The notes below the pieces were generated by a model. The model was not told the origin of the DNA, searched no databases, and saw nothing but the letters and a program-made list of their open reading frames with translations. The position numbers and the translations under genes are program-made. A DNA stretch of 29,407 nt from a virus (lineage: Duplodnaviria; Caudoviricetes), in IMG/VR virus record IMGVR_UViG_3300030708_001073, positions 1-29,407 of that record; one strand, given 5' to 3'. Below are positions 8,729 through 16,227 of this stretch, one piece after another. The first letter of the stretch is position 1, and the number at the start of each line of letters is the position of its first letter.

Positions 8729-9610
8729 ATGCCAATTTATGTTAAATCAGGTGGTACTTGGCGTGAGATAAGCTCAGATGCTGGCTCTCAATTATATGTG
8801 AGAGATAGTACTTCTTTTACCAACAAAACAATTAATAATGTTTATATAAAAGATGGTGGTTCATGGCGAACCGTGTTTACCTTATTTGATACACCAAGTA
8901 CTTTTACAACGGCAGGATCTGGCACTACTAACTTTAACGTTCCTGCTAATGCCAATGCCATACACATTCAACAAGCTGTAGGAGGTGGAGGCGGAGGCTT
9001 TCAAGGCGCTGACTACGATAAAGCTAATGGTGAGTCAGCAGGAGCTGGTGGTGCTTCTGGCGGATATGTTTCGGATCGTGTATACACAGTCGTAGGCGGT
9101 GAACAATTAACAGCGGTGGTAGGTGCTGCAGGAGCAGCGGATACTTCTGGTAATAGATATAGCGGATCATCTGATTCAGGAGGCACTACAAGTTTAACTG
9201 GAGCTTCAACAGGCGCTATTTTTTCTTTAGGTGGAGGGGGAGGATCTTCAGCTTCGGGCGGAGGTGTTCAAGGTCCTTTACGATCAAACACAGCAGGGGC
9301 TGCAGGAACTGTGACTCAAGGGACGTCATTGTCGACAGGAACGACAGTTGATGGATTAAACATTACGACATTTAATAGTGGAGAAGCAGGAACCTTTAAT
9401 GCTTTTGGAACAGGTGCTCAAGGAACCAATCCTGGCAACTGTAGCGGTGATAACTGTAGTATTAGCGGTGGAACAGGTGGATTATCATATAATGGTAATG
9501 GCGCTGTTGGAACAGCTGGCGCTGGTGGAAACGGTGGGAGTCATCCTTACTCAGGAGGAAGTGCAGGAACCGCTGGTGAAATTAAATACAGATTTTTGAG
9601 GATTGCATAA
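8729..9610 (+). CDS. Glycine-rich tail/virion protein
   Basis: Duplicated N-terminal (I/V)Y(V/I)KxGG(T/S)WR motif followed by a Gly-rich domain (VGGGGGG...GAGGASGG). Confidence 0.7.
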   Translation: MPIYVKSGGTWREISSDAGSQLYVRDSTSFTNKTINNVYIKDGGSWRTVFTLFDTPSTFTTAGSGTTNFNVPANANAIHIQQAVGGGGGGFQGADYDKANGESAGAGGASGGYVSDRVYTVVGGEQLTAVVGAAGAADTSGNRYSGSSDSGGTTSLTGASTGAIFSLGGGGGSSASGGGVQGPLRSNTAGAAGTVTQGTSLSTGTTVDGLNITTFNSGEAGTFNAFGTGAQGTNPGNCSGDNCSISGGTGGLSYNGNGAVGTAGAGGNGGSHPYSGGSAGTAGEIKYRFLRIA

Positions 9611-11442
9611 TGCCACTTACTAAAATTCAATTTGCCCCTGGTATTGATAAACAAAACACAGAGTATGGTGCAGAAGGTCGTTGGACTGATTCTGACATGG
9701 TTCGTTTTAGATACGGTTTACCAGAAAAAATAGGTGGTTGGTCTAAACTTATTTCTGAAACATTAATTGGTGTAGTGCGTGACATGCATGCCTGGTCCGA
9801 TCTTAATGGCATAAGATACATGGCCCTTGGTACCGACAGAAAATTATATGTTTATTCAGAAGGAGCGGTTTATGATATTACGCCAGTTAGAGCTACACAA
9901 GCAGGACTTAGCAATCCATTTGCTACTACAAATGGTAGCGCTACAATTACGGTAACAGACACAGCACATGGTGCTCAAGCAGGAGATTTTGTAACATTTA
10001 GTGGAGCTTCTACAACAGCAGGGCTCGACATGAATAAAGAATTTGAAATATCTACTTATGTAGATGCTAATACTTATACTATAACGTATACAGGTAGCAC
10101 GGCTAATGCTACAGGAAATGGTGGAGGAACAGTCACCGCAACGTATGATATAAGTATTGGTTTAGCAGCTTCTGCCTATGGTTATGGATGGGGAACAGGA
10201 GGATGGAATGAAGGGACGTGGAACACACCTAGATCTTCATCAACTGTTAAAATTGATGGTAGACAATGGTCTTTTGATAATTTTGGTGAAGATTTAATAG
10301 CAACGGTTAGTGAGGGAGGTACTTACAGATGGGATACTTCTGTAGGAACCGGGACCCCTGCCGCCATCATTGCAAATGCACCAACTGTTTCTAGATTTAC
10401 ATTAGTTTCTCCTGTTGATCGTCATGTATTTTTATTTGGCACGGAAACAACAATAGGAACGTCATCAACGGCAGATCCTTTATTCTTACGTTTTTCTTCT
10501 CAAGAAGATTACAACACATGGATACCTACCGCTACAAACACAGCGGGATCTTTTAGAATACAAGACGGTTCTAAAATTATGGCAGCGGTAAGATCAAGAG
10601 GCGCAATATTAGTGTGGACTGATACATCGCTACACGGTATGCAATTTGTAGGACCCCCTTTTACATTTAATTTAAATCAATTAGGAGCTAACTGCGGGGC
10701 TGTATCCAACCATTGTGTTAAAGATGTTAATGGTGTTACTTATTGGATGTCGCAAAATTCTTTTTATATGTTTGATGGTGCTGTTAAAAAATTACCATGT
10801 AGTGTACAAGATTATGTATTTGGTGACTTTAATATTACCACACAACCAGAAACATACTGTGGATTGAACTCAGAAAAAAATGAAATAACTTGGTTTTATT
10901 GTAGTGCTAATGCACAACAAATAGATAGATATGTAACGTTAAATTATCTTGAAGCTTCTTGGTCTATAGGAACTTTAGCCCGTACTTCTTGGGTTGATTA
11001 CGGGGTGTATGAAAATCCATATGCTACGGAATATTCTACTACGGCTACAGCTACAACACCTAGTGTATTAGGACTTACTGCAGGAGCTTCTACATTTTAT
11101 ATACAAGAATTTGGTACGGATGCAGATGGTTCGGCCATGAATGCATTTGTTACATCTGGAGATTTTGATATACAAGATGGACAAGAATTATTACACATTG
11201 GAAGAGGTATACCTGATTTCCAAGATTTAGCAGGCACTGTTGATTTAGAATTAAAGTTTAAAACATATCCCGCATCTTCAACTTCTATGACTAGTACGGC
11301 GACAGTGTCGACAAGTACAACTAAATTTGATATACGAGGTAGAGGCAGACAAGGACAGCTAACAATTAGAAGTGATGCTGTTGGAGACAATTGGAGATTT
11401 GGTACATTACGTCTCGATGTACAACCAGATGGAGGTAGATAA
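9610..11442 (+). CDS. Tail hub/nozzle protein (P22 gp10-like DNA stabilisation protein)
   Basis: 610 aa, beta-rich. MPLTKIQFAPGIDK...VRFRYGLPEKIGGW start, inserted TITVTDTAHG..GDFVTFSG domain, C-terminal R(G)RGRQ...WRFGTLRLDVQPDGGR; lies between the fibre and ejection genes. Confidence 0.7.
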   Translation: MPLTKIQFAPGIDKQNTEYGAEGRWTDSDMVRFRYGLPEKIGGWSKLISETLIGVVRDMHAWSDLNGIRYMALGTDRKLYVYSEGAVYDITPVRATQAGLSNPFATTNGSATITVTDTAHGAQAGDFVTFSGASTTAGLDMNKEFEISTYVDANTYTITYTGSTANATGNGGGTVTATYDISIGLAASAYGYGWGTGGWNEGTWNTPRSSSTVKIDGRQWSFDNFGEDLIATVSEGGTYRWDTSVGTGTPAAIIANAPTVSRFTLVSPVDRHVFLFGTETTIGTSSTADPLFLRFSSQEDYNTWIPTATNTAGSFRIQDGSKIMAAVRSRGAILVWTDTSLHGMQFVGPPFTFNLNQLGANCGAVSNHCVKDVNGVTYWMSQNSFYMFDGAVKKLPCSVQDYVFGDFNITTQPETYCGLNSEKNEITWFYCSANAQQIDRYVTLNYLEASWSIGTLARTSWVDYGVYENPYATEYSTTATATTPSVLGLTAGASTFYIQEFGTDADGSAMNAFVTSGDFDIQDGQELLHIGRGIPDFQDLAGTVDLELKFKTYPASSTSMTSTATVSTSTTKFDIRGRGRQGQLTIRSDAVGDNWRFGTLRLDVQPDGGR

Positions 11443-11609
11443 TGGCTAAAATAGCAACAACAAGATTACCTAATGCAACGCCGGAATATAACCAAACACA
11501 ATTTGATGTATTAATACGATTGCTTGAGCAAGTATTACAGCAATTAAATTTTGGTTATCAACAAGATTTAAAAGATGAATCTACAGCAAGGAGTTGGTTC
11601 CTTGGCTGA
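11442..11609 (+). CDS. 55-aa hypothetical virion-module protein, not in the ORF track (MAKIATTRLPNATPEYNQTQFDVLIRLLEQVLQQLNFGYQQDLKDESTARSWFLG)
   Basis: TAATG coupling to the upstream gene and GGAGGT SD at 11431-11436; fills the gap exactly. Confidence 0.8.
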   Translation: MAKIATTRLPNATPEYNQTQFDVLIRLLEQVLQQLNFGYQQDLKDESTARSWFLG

Positions 11610-11946
11610 TTCTTTTATTAGCAGAACAGCTACTGGCACAGGTAGTGCGGTGGCTTTATACACTGTTCCCACCGCAGATCAGAACAGTCAACCCCCTATA
11701 TTACCAACTACTACTCTTGTAAAAAGTATACGTTTATCTAATCAAACAGGCGGTGCAGTAACAACTACTGTGTCTTTTTTTGATAACAGTGAATCGGATA
11801 GAGAAGTTCCTTTATATAAGGATAGTTTGGCAGACGGGACGGAACAAGAAGTTTTAACACAACCATTTGTAATGGAAAAAGCAGATGCAATAAAGTTAAC
11901 TGGTTTAAACGTTACAATATTAGTTAGCATGATGGAGATAACATAA
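11602..11946 (+). CDS. Small beta-sandwich virion protein; start re-called at TTG 11602 (MADSF...) instead of ATG 11575
   Basis: AAGGAG at 11588-11593 lies 8 nt before the in-frame TTG, giving a short overlap with the 55-aa ORF. Motifs LYTVP...LVKSIRLSN...MEKADAIK...SMMEIT. Confidence 0.65.
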   Translation: MADSFISRTATGTGSAVALYTVPTADQNSQPPILPTTTLVKSIRLSNQTGGAVTTTVSFFDNSESDREVPLYKDSLADGTEQEVLTQPFVMEKADAIKLTGLNVTILVSMMEIT

Positions 11947-12203
11947 TGGCATTTAAAAAAGTACAAGAACCAAAACAAATTGGAACACAGATGGTTAATG
12001 GTAAACAAGTACCTATTTTACAACCAGAAGTATTTGTGGAAGTTAAAAATAAAATAACTGGTAAGGATTACGATTCTGTAGAAGAGGCTAAAAAAGATAT
12101 AGCTGATCCAAATACAGAAACGTCAGAGGATCATGTAGAACAGAATGTTCAGATTAAAGTTACGCAATTGCCTGATTTTAAAGGTGAAGTGAAGTACGAT
12201 TAA
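11946..12203 (+). CDS. Hypothetical phage protein, 85 aa
   Basis: GGAG SD and TAATG coupling; last gene of the run before the inverted island. Confidence 0.75.
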   Translation: MAFKKVQEPKQIGTQMVNGKQVPILQPEVFVEVKNKITGKDYDSVEEAKKDIADPNTETSEDHVEQNVQIKVTQLPDFKGEVKYD

Positions 12204-12382
12204 GCACTACACATTTCACAAATTTCTTCTTCCTGATTATTTACAGTAACTTCTTTATTATGACACTTGCATTCACCTAAATGGTTTTTTAATTGTCTTT
12301 CCAGACTAATAATTCTGCTGTGATATTTAGCTAGCTTATCTGCTAAAAACGCAATTGATTGCGATACCTCTTGTTGTGTCAT
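12200..12382 (-). CDS. 60-aa coiled-coil protein with CxCH and C-terminal CxxC motifs
   Basis: AGGAG SD and a candidate promoter upstream; heptad-like helix followed by HLGECKCH and EEEICEMCSA. Confidence 0.7.
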   Translation of the reverse strand: MTQQEVSQSIAFLADKLAKYHSRIISLERQLKNHLGECKCHNKEVTVNNQEEEICEMCSA

Positions 12383-12402
12383 AATTTTCTCCTGTTAAAT
12401 TT

Positions 12403-12444
12403 TGTGGTAACGACCACATTATTATTTTGAGAAAATATTTGCAA
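12403..12444 (-). promoter_or_regulatory. Candidate sigma70 promoter (TTGCAA-17-TAATGT) overlapped by the inverted repeat TGTGGT-AACG-ACCACA
   Basis: -35 at 12444-12439 and -10 at 12421-12416 on the minus strand; perfect 6-bp inverted repeat at 12403-12418. Confidence 0.45.
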
Positions 12445-12472
12445 GTAAACTTTTAAAATTGTTTTCTTGACA

Positions 12473-12583
12473 TTACTTCTTATTTAACAGGTCGTGTATT
12501 TGTTGTCCTTGTACGGCAACCATGAACCCTATGAATATAACTCCTACTAAAATTATTATAAGTAATATTGTATCTAATGTCAT
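12473..12583 (-). CDS. 36-aa single-pass membrane peptide, not in the ORF track (MTLDTILLIIILVGVIFIGFMVAVQGQQIHDLLNKK)
   Basis: ATGA overlap with the oxygenase stop, GGAGG SD 5 nt upstream, ~19-residue hydrophobic stretch and basic tail. Confidence 0.7.
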   Translation of the reverse strand: MTLDTILLIIILVGVIFIGFMVAVQGQQIHDLLNKK

Positions 12584-13275
12584 ATAACCCTCCAATTATC
12601 TGGGTGAGGTAAACAATGTTCTGTGCTCACTCCTTTTTTCATTGTTAATAATATATCAGCACTAATGCTAATTCGTGGATCTTCTTTTGTATTTGTTTCT
12701 GTGTAATGCAATAGTTCACTAGGAAAGATAACAAAGTCTCCTGTCTTTACAGGAAATTTATAACTAGCAAAATTAAATTGATTCCATTCTTTTATGTATT
12801 CATGTGTTGGAGGTATGAACATTCCTGTTTGTGCAGCTAGTTCTTGTTCGAAACTTAGATTACCCATGTCTTCATTGTGCACATAATAAACACAACTGTA
12901 ATGACTCGACGTATGTTTGTGTGATGCTATGTGTTGATTTTGTGTCGTATATGTGGCCCATGCTTTTGTAAAATGCGCATCAAACTTTTCTAGGTTGTAT
13001 CCTTTTGCTTGCATGAAAGCACTTACATGTTTGCGCAGTTCTTGAAATAAATCATTGTAGTCAATATCGATGTGTAAATTATCTTTAGCATCATTAAGAT
13101 CAGTAAAGTTTGTATTGCCCATAACATCGGTGGTTGCAGCTACGCTACCTGGTTTTTCTTTTACAAAAGATTCTATTAAAGGCTTTATTGTTTTATTTAT
13201 TTTTTGATGGTTTTTAACACTGGTAAGATAAATATTTTTACCAAAAATATTATTAATTGTAGCTTCCTGATCCAT
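12580..13275 (-). CDS. Putative 2OG-Fe(II) oxygenase (TIGR02466-like, HxH type)
   Basis: AW...HKH...YSCVYYV...GDFVIFPSELLH...RISIS gives an HxH...H metal triad and the RxS 2-oxoglutarate-binding motif. Confidence 0.85.
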   Translation of the reverse strand: MDQEATINNIFGKNIYLTSVKNHQKINKTIKPLIESFVKEKPGSVAATTDVMGNTNFTDLNDAKDNLHIDIDYNDLFQELRKHVSAFMQAKGYNLEKFDAHFTKAWATYTTQNQHIASHKHTSSHYSCVYYVHNEDMGNLSFEQELAAQTGMFIPPTHEYIKEWNQFNFASYKFPVKTGDFVIFPSELLHYTETNTKEDPRISISADILLTMKKGVSTEHCLPHPDNWRVI

Positions 13276-13540
13276 AAATTACTTCCAAATATTCTATTTT
13301 AGTTACCCAACCTTTGGGTATGGCAATGGCTCCTCCACCATGATTATCGTCTTTATCAATACAAAAAGACCGCATAATAACTACTTTATTGTCTGTATTT
13401 GTAACCATCCAACCAACGTCTTGACATACTGCTAAAGGAGCATCTATGATGTCTTTTACAGGCAACCAACCAGTTTCCATGTCCCTTGCGTCCAACCAAG
13501 TGACCTTTACCATTGGGCATTTAGTTATGTCAAATTCCAT
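13253..13540 (-). CDS. Hypothetical phage protein, 95 aa
   Basis: VKVTWLDA...GW...VGW...IPKGWVTKI pattern of a widespread small phage beta-barrel family; function unknown; weak SD. Confidence 0.7.
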   Translation of the reverse strand: MEFDITKCPMVKVTWLDARDMETGWLPVKDIIDAPLAVCQDVGWMVTNTDNKVVIMRSFCIDKDDNHGGGAIAIPKGWVTKIEYLEVIYGSGSYN

Positions 13541-13548
13541 ATTTCTAT

Positions 13549-13577
13549 TTGCACAATACCGTATTTTTGCATATAAT
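13549..13577 (+). promoter_or_regulatory. Sigma70-type promoter TTGCAC-17-TATAAT for the ejection-protein operon
   Basis: -35 at 13549-13554, 17-nt spacer, consensus -10 at 13572-13577; a second TATAAT at 13580-13585; lies in a divergent intergenic gap. Confidence 0.7.
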
Positions 13578-13652
13578 TGTATAATTAAATTGGCTTAAAT
13601 AACAAGTCCTGGCCTCCTTGCTCAAAACAATTCATTATTGCAATAGGAGAAA

Positions 13653-15287
13653 ATGCTCAAAAAATTATTTAAAGGTGTAAAAAAGGTAGCTAAGAAAGTA
13701 GCCCCATTTGCGGGTCTTGTAGCTGGTGCTTTTGGTATGAAACCAATGGCTGCAGCAGGTCTTGGTGCTTTGATTGGCGGTATCGGAGGAGGTTCTAAAG
13801 GAGCTGTTATGGGTGGCCTAGGGGGCTACTTAGGTGGTTCGATGTTTGGAAAGTCTAATCCACTTTTTGCATTTCAAAAAGGAAGTATATTACCACAATA
13901 TCAAGCAGGAGCTTTTGCAAACATGAATCCGTTAATTGGCGAAGGTGGAAACATTTTTAATACAGCAATAGAAAAAAAAGGTTTAATGGATTATTTACCA
14001 TTAATCACACTAGGAACAGGTGCAGCTTATGCAGGAGGTTTGTTTGACGAACCACCAATTCCAGAAGATGCAATTCCAAAAGAATATAAGTACGATCCTA
14101 ATTTAGATCCTCTTAAAAATATTAATGACAAGTATAAAAATCTTTACGAACAGTATTCTCCTCTACCTTCTTCTAGTATTTATGGATACTTACAAAGTAT
14201 TGGTGCAATGAAGAATGGAGGACTAGTTCCAGCATACGCTGATGGAGGAGTTATGGCATTTAAAGACGGTAAAGGTTCTGGACTTTTACAAGGTCTTGTT
14301 GAAGGAATACTTAATGACGAGAAACTTATTGAACTAATAAAAAATAAAGATGATGGAGAATACAAAGATAGACTAGATAAGATTCGTAATGAAATGGATT
14401 TTAAAAACGTACCAAAATCATCAAACATAAATGATTTTATCAGAGCACTAGAAAAAGGATTAATTACTGATGAATATATAAGAGAAATAATAAGAAATAA
14501 TAGATTTACTACAGATGATAGTGATGAATTTAAAGAAATAACAATTGAAGATATTTATCCAGGACAACAATACAATGATGTTCTTGAAAGAATGATGACA
14601 GAAAAAGAAATGTCAACCCCCGCTGCTCCTATAGCTGAAGGCAAGAGTAGCTTGAAACAAGCTTTTGAGGCTCATTCTAAAGGAGAAATGTCTGATGAAG
14701 AATTTATGGAAATAACAGGAATGAATCCACCTAAAGTTCCAACAGATATTTCAATGAATTATAGAGATGGGGAAGAGGTTCCTCCTATGCAAATGCTAAG
14801 AGTGCCTCCTGAAAATTTACCAATGTCAAGGGACATGATAAACGAACCAGGAATTATGTCTTTAGAAGAATTAGAACAATTTATGGAAGAATTAACAATA
14901 TTAAAAAACAGCGGAGACTTGACAGAAGAACAATATAAACAAGCCGTACAGATGTTGATGTCACAAGCAGGTAAAGCAAAAGCAATGAACGGCGGTGTAT
15001 TTGCAGCAGGAGGGGATACTGAAGGTAGAACCATGGGCCCTGGTACCGGTAGACTAGACAATTTACCTGGTTACATCTATGATCAAAACACAGGACAAAA
15101 AAGTAATATTGTGGTAAGTCCAAATGAACACATTATCCCAGAGTATACATTGTATGCAATGGGTGGCGGCGATACGGAAAAAGGTCACGACATGTTAAAC
15201 AAATTACGAAAAGACACCAAACCAATGGCAAAACAAATGGGTTATGATTTTGAAGGTGCAGAAAATGGAACGGTAAGATATGGCTGA
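13653..15287 (+). CDS. Probable internal virion/ejection protein, 544 aa
   Basis: AGGAG SD; basic amphipathic N-terminus plus Gly zipper; repeated xxxGG motifs; C-terminal GPGTGRLDNLP...SPNEHII...GGGD...G domain similar to the GPGTGTSDSIP motif of phage tail/tape proteins. Confidence 0.6.
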   Translation: MLKKLFKGVKKVAKKVAPFAGLVAGAFGMKPMAAAGLGALIGGIGGGSKGAVMGGLGGYLGGSMFGKSNPLFAFQKGSILPQYQAGAFANMNPLIGEGGNIFNTAIEKKGLMDYLPLITLGTGAAYAGGLFDEPPIPEDAIPKEYKYDPNLDPLKNINDKYKNLYEQYSPLPSSSIYGYLQSIGAMKNGGLVPAYADGGVMAFKDGKGSGLLQGLVEGILNDEKLIELIKNKDDGEYKDRLDKIRNEMDFKNVPKSSNINDFIRALEKGLITDEYIREIIRNNRFTTDDSDEFKEITIEDIYPGQQYNDVLERMMTEKEMSTPAAPIAEGKSSLKQAFEAHSKGEMSDEEFMEITGMNPPKVPTDISMNYRDGEEVPPMQMLRVPPENLPMSRDMINEPGIMSLEELEQFMEELTILKNSGDLTEEQYKQAVQMLMSQAGKAKAMNGGVFAAGGDTEGRTMGPGTGRLDNLPGYIYDQNTGQKSNIVVSPNEHIIPEYTLYAMGGGDTEKGHDMLNKLRKDTKPMAKQMGYDFEGAENGTVRYG

Positions 15288-16227
15288 GTCACAAGTAATA
15301 CAAAATCTACCTCCTGAATATATACAACAGGGGTATACCAATCTTATTAAAAACGTTGCAGACTATGTAGGTAGCGCACCTGCATTACCTGATTTTCAAT
15401 TAGCTGGATTTAGTCCTGCACAGCAACAGGCGATGAACATGGCTTTTGCACAACAAGGTTATACATACGATCCAACGACTGGGTTTACCGCAACAGGAAC
15501 AGGTCCAGGGTATCAACCTGCACTAACTGCGGGTCTTGGAGCTTTAGCTAAATACGGAACACAAGCAGGAGATTTATATAATCAAGGAGCTTCGGCTACT
15601 TTTGATCCTAGTTCTTATAAGCAATACATGAATCCTTATCAGGATGAATTAACAGCTGCCATACAAGAACAAGGACAGATAGCACAAAATCAAGCGGCTG
15701 CTCAACAAGCAATGGGCGGAGCTTACGGAGGATCAAGAGGACAGATACAACAAGGAATGATCGGACAAGGCGTGATGGACACCATCGGTCAATTGACAGC
15801 TCAAAACTTTAACACGGCGATGGGTCAGGCAATGCAAAATTTCCAAAACCAACAACAAAGACAGTTAATGGGAGCACAAGGTCTTGGTGCATTAGGCATG
15901 GGACTAGGTCAAGGATACGGCCAACAAGCACAATTACAAAACGCACTTGCTACACAAGGTATTGGTCAAATGATGGGCATTGGTGGAATGCAACAAAAAA
16001 TGGGTCAAGGTATTCTTGACATGCAAAGAGCAAACCAATTACAAAAAATTAATAGACCTATGCAAATGTATGGATTTATGTCTGATATTCTATCAGGTGC
16101 ACCAGCAACAATGGGTTATCAATATACTCAAAACTACGGACAAGCTGGTAGTCCTTTCTCACAAATGTTAGGTACTGCAGCTACTGCTCTAGGAGGTATT
16201 GGATCCTTTAACAAGTTGTTCAGCTAA
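15280..16227 (+). CDS. Gln/Gly-rich probable ejection (pilot) protein
   Basis: YMNPYQ and GAYGGSRG motifs, Q/G/A/M-rich, hydrophobic Gly-rich C-terminus. Confidence 0.6.
   Translation: MAESQVIQNLPPEYIQQGYTNLIKNVADYVGSAPALPDFQLAGFSPAQQQAMNMAFAQQGYTYDPTTGFTATGTGPGYQPALTAGLGALAKYGTQAGDLYNQGASATFDPSSYKQYMNPYQDELTAAIQEQGQIAQNQAAAQQAMGGAYGGSRGQIQQGMIGQGVMDTIGQLTAQNFNTAMGQAMQNFQNQQQRQLMGAQGLGALGMGLGQGYGQQAQLQNALATQGIGQMMGIGGMQQKMGQGILDMQRANQLQKINRPMQMYGFMSDILSGAPATMGYQYTQNYGQAGSPFSQMLGTAATALGGIGSFNKLFS

Noticed and set aside
12453-12495. Perfect TTGACA at 12467-12472 (+) and mini-ORF MSRKQF at 12473-12453 (-)
   Set aside because: No -10 element at 16-18 nt spacing and no plus-strand gene downstream; the 6-codon ORF has no support beyond a TAATG overlap.
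13585-13619. Minus-strand AAGGAGG as SD for an extended 95-aa gene
   Set aside because: The following TTG (13605) is out of frame with 13540 and closes after 6 codons.
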